Source: a bacterium
GTDB taxonomy: Bacteria; Patescibacteriota; JABMPQ01; JBDRIV01
Length of the DNA: 64,000 nucleotides
Direction: 5' to 3'
Assembly (NCBI GenBank): GCA_043815505.1
Contig: JBDRIV010000003.1
Span: 62,239-126,238 of the forward strand
The notes under the pieces are model-generated. The model worked only from the letters and a program-made list of their open reading frames with translations, did not search any database and was not told the DNA's origin. Below, piece after piece: positions 18,713 through 27,847 of the stretch; the first letter of the stretch is position 1; each line of letters opens with the position of its first letter. Position numbers and translations under genes: made by a program.

Positions 18713-18812
18713 CCCGGTAGTACAACTTATTGATAAATTGATTTGTTTACCTTTCTTTTATTTTTGTAGAAAGGATTATTTTGTTCTTTTCTCACCCGGT
18801 TGTACTACCGGG
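18713..18812. repeat. MITE-like element, 100 bp, 14-bp terminal inverted repeats CCCGGTAGTACAAC / GTTGTACTACCGGG
   Basis: Perfect 14-bp TIRs and an AT-rich interior with an internal hairpin (CCTTTCT/AGAAAGG). Related element at 46126..46234. Confidence 0.5.
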
Positions 18813-18901
18813 CATAATTTAGGGCAAATATTAAAACTCAAAAATCAAAACTGTTAAGTGAACATGCAAATATAGCACGGGATTTTTTGATAGTCAATAA
18901 A

Positions 18902-18934
18902 ACTCCGCTCATTAATACTTGGCGGAGTTTTTTG
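18902..18934. terminator. Bidirectional hairpin terminator (ACTCCGC-N13-GCGGAGT) at the clpC 3' end
   Basis: 7-bp stem flanked by an A-run and TTTTTT. Confidence 0.45.
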
Positions 18935-18978
18935 GTCAAATCAAGTTTTTACTTTTGAGCTTTAACTTTTGACTTATT

Positions 18979-21666
18979 TTACACCTTAGCTTTTTTCCGA
19001 CTGCGCTTTGATTTTTCTTTAATGAAATTGAATTCGCCATTTCTACCTAGTTCAATTCTAATGGTATTTCCGCTTCTAAAATCTCCTGTCAGCAAAGCGT
19101 TGGAAAGTCGGTTTTCAATTTTCTTTTGAATTACTCGACGCAGAGGCCGGGCTCCAAATGATGGTTCAAAACCTTCCTCAACTAATTTTCTCTTTACGCC
19201 GTCAGTTACTTTTAATTTTATGTTTTGTCCTTGCAAAAGCTTCTGCACATCATCCAACATCAAATTTACAATTTGTTTAATCTGTTTTCTGTTCAGTGAT
19301 TGAAAAATTATAATGTCGTCGATTCGATTCAAAAACTCGGGACGAAAAGCTTTTTTCAATTCCTGCATCAACTCACCTTTAATAGTTTCAGTAATGCTTC
19401 CCTTTTCATCTTTTTTACCTTTTTTATCTTCAAAACCAAATTTTTTAACGGCCGCGTCCTGAATAATATTGGAACCCAAATTTGAAGTAGCAATAATAAC
19501 TACATTTTTAAAATCCACCAAACGACCTTTAGAATCTGTGAGTTGACCATCTTCCAAGATTTGCAACAGCACATTAAAGACGTCAGGATGAGCTTTTTCA
19601 ATTTCATCAAGCAACACAATGCTATATGGTTTTTGTCGAACTTTTTCTGTTAGCTGTCCTGGTTCTTCATAACCAACATATCCGGGAGGCGCACCAATAA
19701 GTTTGGAAACATTATGACGCTCCATGTATTCTGACATATCAACTCGCACAATGGCCGATTCATCACCAAACAATTGTTCAGCCAAAGCTTTGGCCAATTC
19801 AGTTTTTCCCACGCCAGTCGGTCCGAGGAATATAAATGAACCTACTGGACGTTTCGGATCTTTTAAACCACTACGTCCACGACGTACAGCTTCGGACACG
19901 GCGGTAACAGCTTCTTCTTGTCCAATTATTCTTTCGTGTAATCTGTTTTCCAAATGTAAAAGTTTTTCAACTTCCTCTTCAGCTAATTCCTGCACTGGAA
20001 TTCCTGTCCACTTGGAAAGCACTTCTTCAATATCAGAAGATAAAACAATTGGTTGACCAGTAGATCTATCTTTAGTCCAAGAAGCGTGGAACTCTTCTTT
20101 TTGTTGAGTTAGTTTGGTAATTTCTTTTTCAATTTTTATGATTCTAGATTTAACACCAGCTTTTTTGGCATCCTCTTTTTCGTTGGCCAGTTTTTTTAAT
20201 TCCTTTTCCAGTTCTTTTAATTTATTAGGAGCGGCAATTGAAGCTAAACGAATTTTGGCACCAGCTTCATCAATTAAGTCTATGGCCTTGTCGGGCAAAT
20301 GACGGTCAGTCAAATATCTATCAGAAAGTCCCGCCGCCGCTACAATCGCTTCGTCAGAAATCTGCACTTTGTGATGAGCTTCATAACGATCGCGCAAGCC
20401 TCGCAGAATTTCAATAGAGACATCAACGTTTGGTTCATTAACAAGAATTGGCTGGAATCTTCTTTCTAAAGCGGCATCTTTTTCAATGTGTTTACGATAC
20501 TCATTCAAAGTAGTAGCCCCAATGGTTTGCAGTTCACCACGAGCGAGGGCTGGTTTTAGCATATTAGAAGCGTCAATGGCACCTTCGGCGGCACCGGCAC
20601 CAACCATAGTATGCATTTCATCAATAAAGAGAATTATATTGCGTTGTTCTTTTTTAATTTCTTCAATTACTTTTTTAATACGTTTTTCAAATTCACCACG
20701 ATATTTGGTTCCCGAAAGCGCACTACTTAAATCAAGCGAGACTACTCTTTTGCCAACTAGATTTTCTGGCACGTCGTCAGAAACTATTTTGGTAGCCAAT
20801 CCTTCCACAATCGCAGTTTTTCCTACACCCGGTTCACCAATTAACACTGGATTATTTTTTGTGCGTCGCGACAAAATTTGTACCACTCTTTCAATTTCAT
20901 CTTCCCGACCAATAACGGGATCGAGCCGACCGTCTTTAGCTTGAGTTGTTAAATCGGTTGAGTATTCATCTAGAGTTGGGGTGTTAGATTTTTTCTTTTT
21001 AATTCTTTTTCCTTCACCGACAACTTTTAGAACTGCGCCGCGAGCCTTGGTGTCGTTAACAGCATATTTTCCGAGAACTTGAGCGGCCATGCCTTCACCT
21101 TCTTTAACCAGTCCTAAAAAAATATGTTCGGAACTAACATAGTTGTGACCAAGATCGCGCGCTTCATAAAAAGCTTGCTCTAAGGCTTTTTTAGCACGGG
21201 GAGAAAGCTCCGGTTCGCCAACTTCTTTTTCGCCTTTGATTAAATTTTCTTCTAAATAAGCTTTTAGATCTTCAGTTTTAATTCCCAGTTCTGAAAATAT
21301 TTGTTTGGTAATTTCATCTTCATCTAAAAGCCCCCGTAAAATGTGCTCCGTATCAACCATTTGTGATTTGTTATCACGTGCTGCCTGCACACTATTACTG
21401 ATTACTTTTTTAGCTCGGTCAGAAAAATAGTCCAAAATATTTATGTAAGAACGACGCGGCGCTTGAAATTGTGGCAAACCACCAAACAAATTATTTGAAC
21501 CGCCTAGCATAGAAGAAAACATTCCGTCGTTACCAAAAATAGCCTGTTCTTCAGCACAGGTATGACACAAATGAAATTCTTGGGTGCGCCCATTAACATT
21601 TTGTTTGATATTGACTGTTGCCGGACGTTGTCCGCAAGACTGACAAAGGTAAGCTCTATTATCCAT
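18979..21666 (-). CDS. clpC: ATP-dependent Clp protease ATP-binding subunit / ClpC-ClpB-family chaperone with N-terminal C4 zinc ribbon
   Basis: 895 aa. Two AAA+ modules ([31 protein letters not shown]), a coiled-coil middle domain, and an N-terminal CxxC...CxxC motif. Confidence 0.85.
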   Translation of the reverse strand: MDNRAYLCQSCGQRPATVNIKQNVNGRTQEFHLCHTCAEEQAIFGNDGMFSSMLGGSNNLFGGLPQFQAPRRSYINILDYFSDRAKKVISNSVQAARDNKSQMVDTEHILRGLLDEDEITKQIFSELGIKTEDLKAYLEENLIKGEKEVGEPELSPRAKKALEQAFYEARDLGHNYVSSEHIFLGLVKEGEGMAAQVLGKYAVNDTKARGAVLKVVGEGKRIKKKKSNTPTLDEYSTDLTTQAKDGRLDPVIGREDEIERVVQILSRRTKNNPVLIGEPGVGKTAIVEGLATKIVSDDVPENLVGKRVVSLDLSSALSGTKYRGEFEKRIKKVIEEIKKEQRNIILFIDEMHTMVGAGAAEGAIDASNMLKPALARGELQTIGATTLNEYRKHIEKDAALERRFQPILVNEPNVDVSIEILRGLRDRYEAHHKVQISDEAIVAAAGLSDRYLTDRHLPDKAIDLIDEAGAKIRLASIAAPNKLKELEKELKKLANEKEDAKKAGVKSRIIKIEKEITKLTQQKEEFHASWTKDRSTGQPIVLSSDIEEVLSKWTGIPVQELAEEEVEKLLHLENRLHERIIGQEEAVTAVSEAVRRGRSGLKDPKRPVGSFIFLGPTGVGKTELAKALAEQLFGDESAIVRVDMSEYMERHNVSKLIGAPPGYVGYEEPGQLTEKVRQKPYSIVLLDEIEKAHPDVFNVLLQILEDGQLTDSKGRLVDFKNVVIIATSNLGSNIIQDAAVKKFGFEDKKGKKDEKGSITETIKGELMQELKKAFRPEFLNRIDDIIIFQSLNRKQIKQIVNLMLDDVQKLLQGQNIKLKVTDGVKRKLVEEGFEPSFGARPLRRVIQKKIENRLSNALLTGDFRSGNTIRIELGRNGEFNFIKEKSKRSRKKAKV

Positions 21667-21695
21667 ATTTAACCTCCAAATTAATTTTAATTAAA

Positions 21696-21722
21696 TTAGC
21701 ACTCTAAAGTGTTGAGTGCTAA
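21696..21722. promoter_or_regulatory. CIRCE operator (HrcA binding site) TTAGCACTC-N9-GAGTGCTAA
   Basis: Perfect match to the CIRCE consensus, 30 bp upstream of the clpC start. Confidence 0.85.
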
Positions 21723-21724
21723 TT

Positions 21725-21753
21725 ATTGTAAAAAAGATTATTGTTTGTGTCAA
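21725..21753 (-). promoter_or_regulatory. clpC promoter TTGACA-N17-TACAAT (read on the minus strand), just upstream of CIRCE
   Basis: Consensus hexamers with 17-nt spacing, positioned so that CIRCE overlaps the transcription start region. Confidence 0.5.
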
Positions 21754-21835
21754 GTCCAGCTCCAGTTTTATAAAACTACTCCTATTAATTATGTCTTTGT
21801 TATAATATGATAAAACTAGGGCTTACACAAGTAGC

Positions 21836-22435
21836 TTAAACTTGTTTTACCTGAATTTTCTTGGTTTTAGATTTCTGCGCTTTAGGCAAAATGACAGTTA
21901 AAATTCCGTTTTTAAGCTCCGCTTCAATTTCGTCAGCATTTACTTCCATGGGCAAAATTACTGAACGAGAAAATCCTCCCCAATAACATTCCTGATAAAA
22001 GTAATCATCTTCTTTAATAGTGGCTTCGTTTTTTCTCTCCCCTTTTATGGTGATCATGTCATTGTTGATGGAAATGTCTAAATCCTCCGGTTCTACACCA
22101 GCAATGGTTGATTTTATAATAATACTGTCTTCATTCTGAAAAACATCAATAGTTAGCTGACCTTCAAAATCTTCATTTTTTTCTTCATCAAAATAATCGT
22201 CTTCCTTTTTAGGAGATTTTTGACTCAAGTTTTCAATGTTATTTTCTAAAGCTTGTTCATTCATAGTTTTAGTTTTGGTGTTTTCAGAAACACTATTTTC
22301 TGAATCTGTCGTAACTCCTTGTGCTGAGCTGGCCGAAGCATCCTTTTCCTTAACAGCTACGGTATCTTTTTCGGCAGCCACTTCTTCGTGACTTTTTTGA
22401 AAGCGACGAAAAAAGGATCTTTTTTGTTTAGTCAT
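21836..22435 (-). CDS. Hsp20/alpha-crystallin small heat-shock protein with long acidic N-terminal extension
   Basis: 199 aa. C-terminal alpha-crystallin domain (LTIDVFQNEDSIIIKSTIAGV...ILTVILPK). Confidence 0.8.
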   Translation of the reverse strand: MTKQKRSFFRRFQKSHEEVAAEKDTVAVKEKDASASSAQGVTTDSENSVSENTKTKTMNEQALENNIENLSQKSPKKEDDYFDEEKNEDFEGQLTIDVFQNEDSIIIKSTIAGVEPEDLDISINNDMITIKGERKNEATIKEDDYFYQECYWGGFSRSVILPMEVNADEIEAELKNGILTVILPKAQKSKTKKIQVKQV

Positions 22436-22522
22436 AATATTTTTTTAGATGTGTAGTCTATTTATTATAAACCAAAATTTTAATTTTAACCACCTCTTAC
22501 TTTTGGGGATAAACTGTGGAAC

Positions 22523-23233
22523 TTATTTTGCATCGTTTATTTCCTCTGTTTTGTCATTAATCTGCATTTCTTTAATACCTTTACGTAACATGAAAAACAT
22601 TATAATTAGGAGAATTCCTAAAAGTAAAAGAGAAAGGCTGGTACTGGCCAAGGCTAAAACGTTGTAAATAAAATGTAAAATGATGGCGATAATTATACCT
22701 TGGGCAATATAATTTTTCTGGTGAGCGTTAGAAAATTTTTGCACACCCATATAGAAACCGACTATACCGGTGGTAATGGCATGCATTAAAGTTGCTGTGG
22801 CAAAACGCAAAATAATTGCTTCTCCACCTTCGCCAATCATAACCAATACATTTTCAAAGGTTGCAAAACCAAGTGCTGCCGCCACTCCATAAATTATTCC
22901 ATCAACGGGTTGATTAAATTCTTTGTCCAACCAAATAGTTTTTTTAACCACAAAATATTTTAAATATTCTTCCACTGGTGCCACAATAAATAAAGTACTA
23001 ATTGTTACAATGAAAAAATCAACAGATTCTGAAAATCTTTCTCCAAAAAAAACAAAAAATGAATTATCAAAAAACTGTTCTATAAAAATCGCTGGGATTG
23101 TAATTAAAGCACCTAAAATGAAAACTTTGGCTAGAAGTTTAATCGGTTCCGGTTTTTTATCTTGACGACGGTAAAACCACAACCAAAAAATTCCTGGAAT
23201 CAGGGCTATTAAAAAGTACCACAGGAATTGCAT
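22523..23233 (-). CDS. PrsW-family intramembrane protease
   Basis: 236 aa, multi-TM. Motifs EEYLK, FxxxH (MHAITTG) and HFIYN match the PrsW/CAAX-like protease family. Confidence 0.55.
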   Translation of the reverse strand: MQFLWYFLIALIPGIFWLWFYRRQDKKPEPIKLLAKVFILGALITIPAIFIEQFFDNSFFVFFGERFSESVDFFIVTISTLFIVAPVEEYLKYFVVKKTIWLDKEFNQPVDGIIYGVAAALGFATFENVLVMIGEGGEAIILRFATATLMHAITTGIVGFYMGVQKFSNAHQKNYIAQGIIIAIILHFIYNVLALASTSLSLLLLGILLIIMFFMLRKGIKEMQINDKTEEINDAK

Positions 23234-23243
23234 TAAGGTTTTG

Positions 23244-23675
23244 TTAACAATAAGCTCTGCTGTTGGCTAGTCCTCTAGCTAAATCTCGATAGGACATAAC
23301 ATCAATACTATTCTTGCGACAAAAATCAAGTAATTCAGAGTTTTCAGTTGATGGTCGAAACCAAATTTTTTGAATATTTGCTTTTATACAGTCTTCTATA
23401 AAAGCTTTGGTTTTTTCTGATGAAGTTGCAATGTAAGCCACGTCGGCCATATCTGGTAAATCAACTAGTTTGGTATAGATGGTAATTTTTTCCAATTTTT
23501 GCGCTTTCGCGCCTACCGCCATAACAGTGTAACCATTTTTTTGCATGGTAGTGTAAGCGTAATATCCTTCATCACCATCTTTTGGAGTCACAGAAAAAAT
23601 AACAAATTTATTATCTTTGCTTATGAACCTTTCTGGTGGTTCGCGCAAATTGTTGAGGACGTCAATGCTATCCAT
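23244..23675 (-). CDS. CoA-binding-domain protein (YccU-like)
   Basis: 143 aa. Rossmann-like layout matching CoA_binding_2 family proteins. Confidence 0.4.
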   Translation of the reverse strand: MDSIDVLNNLREPPERFISKDNKFVIFSVTPKDGDEGYYAYTTMQKNGYTVMAVGAKAQKLEKITIYTKLVDLPDMADVAYIATSSEKTKAFIEDCIKANIQKIWFRPSTENSELLDFCRKNSIDVMSYRDLARGLANSRAYC

Positions 23676-23679
23676 AAAA

Positions 23680-24003
23680 TTAATTTAATAGCTCGTCGAT
23701 TTTTTTCTGTAAATCTTCCTTTCTATTCAATCCCATTAGTTGTTCTTTATTCTCTCCTTTGTGGAAAAAAATTAAAGTAGGAATACTCATTACTTGATAT
23801 TTTTGTGAGATCTCAGGGTTTTCGTCAATATTTAGTTTGCCGATTTTTACCTTGCCCTCATTATCTTTGGCTAACTCTTTTATAATTGGAGCCAACATAT
23901 TACAGGGACCACACCAGGGTGCAAAAAAATCCACCAAGACCAGCCCTTCTGATTGCAAAACTTCCTCCTTAAAGTTTTTATCAGTAAATGTTACTTCACT
24001 CAT
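23680..24003 (-). CDS. trxA: Thioredoxin
   Basis: 107 aa with a WCGPC active site. Confidence 0.9.
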   Translation of the reverse strand: MSEVTFTDKNFKEEVLQSEGLVLVDFFAPWCGPCNMLAPIIKELAKDNEGKVKIGKLNIDENPEISQKYQVMSIPTLIFFHKGENKEQLMGLNRKEDLQKKIDELLN

Positions 24004-24011
24004 GTTTGTGT

Positions 24012-24368
24012 TTAATTATTGTTGCTATTTATTTCTTTTAATTTATCTTTAATTTCTTCCAGTTGTTTTTTAACCTCTTTAATTTCTTGTTCACTACTAA
24101 GATCAGCTCTGTAATCTGCTTCGTCACGAATATTATCTTTGGCTGCTTGTCTGTTTGATTGCATTAACAATACCGTCATCAACAAAATTGCTTCCAAAGA
24201 AACGATAAGCGTCAAGGTATTAATGTCTAAGCTGAGCCAAAGCCACAAGAAGAACCAAATAATATGTAACCAGAAAAAACTCCAAGAACCAACCCACAAC
24301 GCTAGAATTTCTCCCGCCTTATCCATAAAAGATATTTGCCTTATTTTTTTTCTAGTTTTAAGTGGCAT
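24012..24368 (-). CDS. DUF1003-family membrane protein
   Basis: 118 aa. Two TM helices followed by the QSNRQ...DYRADL motif and a coiled-coil tail. Pattern recalled for DUF1003. Confidence 0.45.
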   Translation of the reverse strand: MPLKTRKKIRQISFMDKAGEILALWVGSWSFFWLHIIWFFLWLWLSLDINTLTLIVSLEAILLMTVLLMQSNRQAAKDNIRDEADYRADLSSEQEIKEVKKQLEEIKDKLKEINSNNN

Positions 24369-25339
24369 TAAAATAAGTTAAATAATTTAGCAATAAAGAC
24401 TATGTAGAGCAATAAATAAAAGGCTCCTTCATAAGAATACATTTTTTTAGTAATACCGGAGATTGTAAACAAAATAGCAGAAACGATAAAAAATGGAATA
24501 CCAATAGCTAAATCAATTTCTGTCATGGTTAGATCTTTTATCAGTGCCGGTAAACCAACAACTAAGGTGGCATTAAAAACATTTGAACCAATAATATTAC
24601 CAATGGCGATATTAAATTCTTTGCGACGCACAGCCAGAACGGAAACCACCAGCTCTGGCAAAGAAGTACCGAAGGCCACGGCCGATAAAGCAATGGCCGA
24701 AGAGGCAATTCCCACAATGTCAGCAATTTCGATTAATGAATCGATGGTGTATTTGGCACCGATATAAATGAAAAAAGAAGTCACTAATAAAACTACAATC
24801 CAGGCTGGTTTAAATTTTTTCTCAGCTCGAACTTTTTTGGGCAAATCGGCAACTTCGGCTTCTTCTCGAGAATGTCGAGAAAGCGAATAACTAACATAAA
24901 CTCCATAAGCAACCAAAAGAATTAATCCTTCTTGCCAATTAATTGTTCCATCCCAAGCAATAAAAGCCAGTAGCGCGGTGGCCATTAAAACCAGTGGCAG
25001 GTCAAGATTAATAAGTTTTCTTTTTATGGCTAGTACACCAGCGAAAACTGCACAAATTCCACTGATTAACAAAATGTTGGCGATATTGGATCCCATGGCA
25101 TTTGCCACCACAATAGAAGTTACATCATCGGCAGCTGTGGATTTTAAAGTTGCAATTAAGCCGGTCATCAGCTCTGGTAAACTGGTGCCGATACTAACAA
25201 TGGTAACGCCGACGATAAAAGCCGGAATGCGCATAGCCACCCCAATATTTTCAGCAGTTTTGGTAAAACGGTCAGCAGCAAGAATTAAGACTGCCAAACT
25301 GAATATAAATACTACTATCCAGAAAAATAATGTAATCAT
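24368..25339 (-). CDS. Na+/Ca2+ exchanger (CaCA family, YrbG-like)
   Basis: 323 aa. Two alpha-repeat GTSLPEL motifs and about 10 TM helices. Confidence 0.8.
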   Translation of the reverse strand: MITLFFWIVVFIFSLAVLILAADRFTKTAENIGVAMRIPAFIVGVTIVSIGTSLPELMTGLIATLKSTAADDVTSIVVANAMGSNIANILLISGICAVFAGVLAIKRKLINLDLPLVLMATALLAFIAWDGTINWQEGLILLVAYGVYVSYSLSRHSREEAEVADLPKKVRAEKKFKPAWIVVLLVTSFFIYIGAKYTIDSLIEIADIVGIASSAIALSAVAFGTSLPELVVSVLAVRRKEFNIAIGNIIGSNVFNATLVVGLPALIKDLTMTEIDLAIGIPFFIVSAILFTISGITKKMYSYEGAFYLLLYIVFIAKLFNLF

Positions 25340-25342
25340 ATG

Positions 25343-25660
25343 TTATTTAATTTCTTTTTTTGCCCATTTTCTGTACGCCGCCAATTCATGTTCGGAATTC
25401 CAGAAAAAAAGAACTGGCACGTCATAAGAATGAACTTTGTTAACTAATTTCTCTATTGTTTTTATTTGTTTCTTTTCGGTTTTAATTATCACTACTACCT
25501 CCTCGTCTTCAACCAAGTCTTCTTCCCAGTGATAAATTGATTCAATTGGCCATAAATTAACGCAGGCAGCTAGCCTGTTGTGTACAAGTAATTTCCCTAT
25601 TTTTTTGGCTTCTACCTTACTGGCAGCAACCAAATAGCCAATAATCATAAATCTTGCCAA
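25343..25660 (-). CDS. cutA: Divalent-cation tolerance protein CutA
   Basis: 105 aa. CutA1 fold signature (IESIYHWEED..., HSYDVPV). Confidence 0.75.
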   Translation of the reverse strand: MARFMIIGYLVAASKVEAKKIGKLLVHNRLAACVNLWPIESIYHWEEDLVEDEEVVVIIKTEKKQIKTIEKLVNKVHSYDVPVLFFWNSEHELAAYRKWAKKEIK

Positions 25661-25679
25661 TATTTTAACACATTTTGAG

Positions 25680-26483
25680 CTATTTTGCTATGCTAGTTAG
25701 ATGTTTTTTGGCTTTGAGTAGTAGTTTCTTGTCATTTTCGTGATCAAGCTGAGCGAGCGCTTTAGAAAAGCTTAGCCACTTGGTATTTTTAATTTCCCAG
25801 GATTTTTCAATTTCTTTTGTCTTGGTTGATGCTAAATAATATATTGTATCTTTATCAATTAATTTTCCCTCTCTTTGATATTTCCAGGTTACAGATTCTT
25901 TAAATTTGGGAATAAACTTTAATTTTTCTACACCCACTTCTTCATCAACCTCTCTAATGACTGTCTGTTTAGGAGTCTCTCCTTTGTCAATATTTCCTTT
26001 GGGAAATCCCCAATATGACCACTGACTAGATTGAACAATTAGAAATTTTTTAAAATCATCGGAAACGATAATTACACCAGCTGAGTGTTCTTCGCTTCTT
26101 TTGTCCTGCCCACGAAATAGTAACCAAGCTTTATCACCAGCTTTAGTAAATTTTTTCAAAACATAAACCCCTTTTAATTTTTTACCAGCAAACAAAACTT
26201 GAATAGTTTTAGAAGTATTCATCATTAATTCAAAAACACCAGTGTCCCAAATTTCTACTTTGCCAGCACCATGTTGTCCAGCTGATATCTCACCGGAAAA
26301 TTTAGCATATGACATATCATGATCCTCAACCTGAATAGCTAAACGTTTGGCTTTACCTCGCTGGGGAATTCCTTTAGGTACAGCCCAAGATTTTAAAACA
26401 CTATTAATTTCCAGTCGCAAATCAAAATGTTTATTTTTAGCACTGTGTTGATGAATTACAAAGATTGGATTTTTATTTGTCAT
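25680..26483 (-). CDS. Fusion protein: LigD-type 3'-phosphoesterase domain + NUDIX hydrolase
   Basis: N-terminal FVIHQHSAKNKHFDLRLE...SWAVPKG...KRLAIQVEDHDMSY...GAGKVEIWDTG matches the LigD PE domain. C-terminal GNIDKGETPKQTVIREVDEEVGV is a NUDIX box. Confidence 0.65.
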   Translation of the reverse strand: MTNKNPIFVIHQHSAKNKHFDLRLEINSVLKSWAVPKGIPQRGKAKRLAIQVEDHDMSYAKFSGEISAGQHGAGKVEIWDTGVFELMMNTSKTIQVLFAGKKLKGVYVLKKFTKAGDKAWLLFRGQDKRSEEHSAGVIIVSDDFKKFLIVQSSQWSYWGFPKGNIDKGETPKQTVIREVDEEVGVEKLKFIPKFKESVTWKYQREGKLIDKDTIYYLASTKTKEIEKSWEIKNTKWLSFSKALAQLDHENDKKLLLKAKKHLTSIAK

Positions 26484-27630
26484 TTATGTCTTCTATTTGT
26501 GAATTTTTTATTGCTTCTGCTATTAAATTTTCTAAACTTAGTTTTTCTTCTTCTTTTATAACCAAATCTAATTTGGCATTGGTAGTAGGATTTTTGGGCA
26601 CAAAAAGAGTGCAACAATCTTCGTATGGTCGAATGGAGATTTCGTAAGTTCCAATTTTTTTAGCCTGGCAAACTATTTCTTCTTTATCAAGTCCGATAAG
26701 TGGCGTGTAAATTGGCAACTGAGATGCGGCGTGTGTAACTTTCATGTTCGGCAAAGTTTGCGATGCTACCTGCCCTAATGATTCGCCTGTTACCAGCCCA
26801 AGAGCGCTAACTTTTCCGGCAATATTATTGGCAATTTTTATCATAGCACGACGGTATAACAAAACTCTTAATTTATTATCGGCGCCGGCGGCAATAGCTT
26901 TTTGTATTTCCAAGAACGGCACTAAATGCAACCGACACTCAATTTGAAAACTAGATAATGTTTTAACAATGACTTTAACATTTTCTATCGAAGCTTTGCT
27001 TGTCTGCGGATAACTATGAAAATGAACAAACTCAACTACCGCTCCCCGCTTCATTAAAAAATAAGATGCGACCGGCGAATCAATTCCCGATGAAATTAAA
27101 GAAACTACTTTTTTGTTCCCGGCATTTGGCAAACCGCCAGCTCCCTTTTCTTTCTCTTCATAAATATAGGCTTTATTTTTACAGATTTCGATAAAACAAG
27201 TTATCTCAGGCTTGGTAAGATCAACTTTCTTTTTTAGCTTCTCATTTATGTACGAACCGACTTTAATTTCAATATCTTTAGAATTTAATTTGAAGTTTTT
27301 ATCTTCTCGCCGGCAACGTATAGCAAATGTTTTAAATTCTTTTTTTGATAATTGTTTAAGAGCTTCTTTGTTCAAATCGTCATCACTAATTTTTGTTTCA
27401 GAAGCTAAAGCAAAATTAGCAATACCAAAAACTTTTTGTAAAGCTTCTTTTATATTAAGAATATCATCATCTGCAAAACCCCTGACAGAGATTTTATTGC
27501 TTTCTTTTTTTACTGCAAATTTTCCCAACAATTTATCTTGCCTAAGTCTACTAAACAAAGCATTCTCAAACAAACCGCGGTTGCGACCCTTTAAAATAAT
27601 TTCGTTGGTATGAATTAAAAATACTTTCAT
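26473..27630 (-). CDS. thiI: tRNA 4-thiouridine synthase ThiI
   Basis: 385 aa. THUMP domain and PP-loop SGIDSPVA. Confidence 0.85.
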   Translation of the reverse strand: MKVFLIHTNEIILKGRNRGLFENALFSRLRQDKLLGKFAVKKESNKISVRGFADDDILNIKEALQKVFGIANFALASETKISDDDLNKEALKQLSKKEFKTFAIRCRREDKNFKLNSKDIEIKVGSYINEKLKKKVDLTKPEITCFIEICKNKAYIYEEKEKGAGGLPNAGNKKVVSLISSGIDSPVASYFLMKRGAVVEFVHFHSYPQTSKASIENVKVIVKTLSSFQIECRLHLVPFLEIQKAIAAGADNKLRVLLYRRAMIKIANNIAGKVSALGLVTGESLGQVASQTLPNMKVTHAASQLPIYTPLIGLDKEEIVCQAKKIGTYEISIRPYEDCCTLFVPKNPTTNAKLDLVIKEEEKLSLENLIAEAIKNSQIEDINDK

Positions 27631-27847
27631 GGGACCTTTTGCTAAATAACCTTTCGTTACGAAATGCAGAAATTCTTAAGCGAAAATTATGAAGAGTGCG
27701 GAGCTTATGCTGTAAGCATAAGCGACAAACTCTGAATAATTTGCAGCAAGAATTTCAAGTTGTAGTAGAAAGAGTTGTTTGGCAAGAGGTCCGATATAAA
27801 AAAGGCTTCTTTCTATATTGTAACAGAAATAAGCCTTTTTGCTTAAA

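Noticed and set aside
19724-20944. Several 60-150-aa ORFs antisense to clpC (19724..20056, 20114..20302, 20486..20944)
   Set aside because: Low-complexity Ser/Ala/Pro-rich translations typical of antisense frames of a conserved gene. The same applies to ORFs antisense to uvrB, polA, valS, pepA, uppP and the Na+/Ca2+ exchanger (for example 1069..1338, 2361..2813, 12740..13180, 44687..45190, 27978..28274, 37379..37837, 24978..25427).
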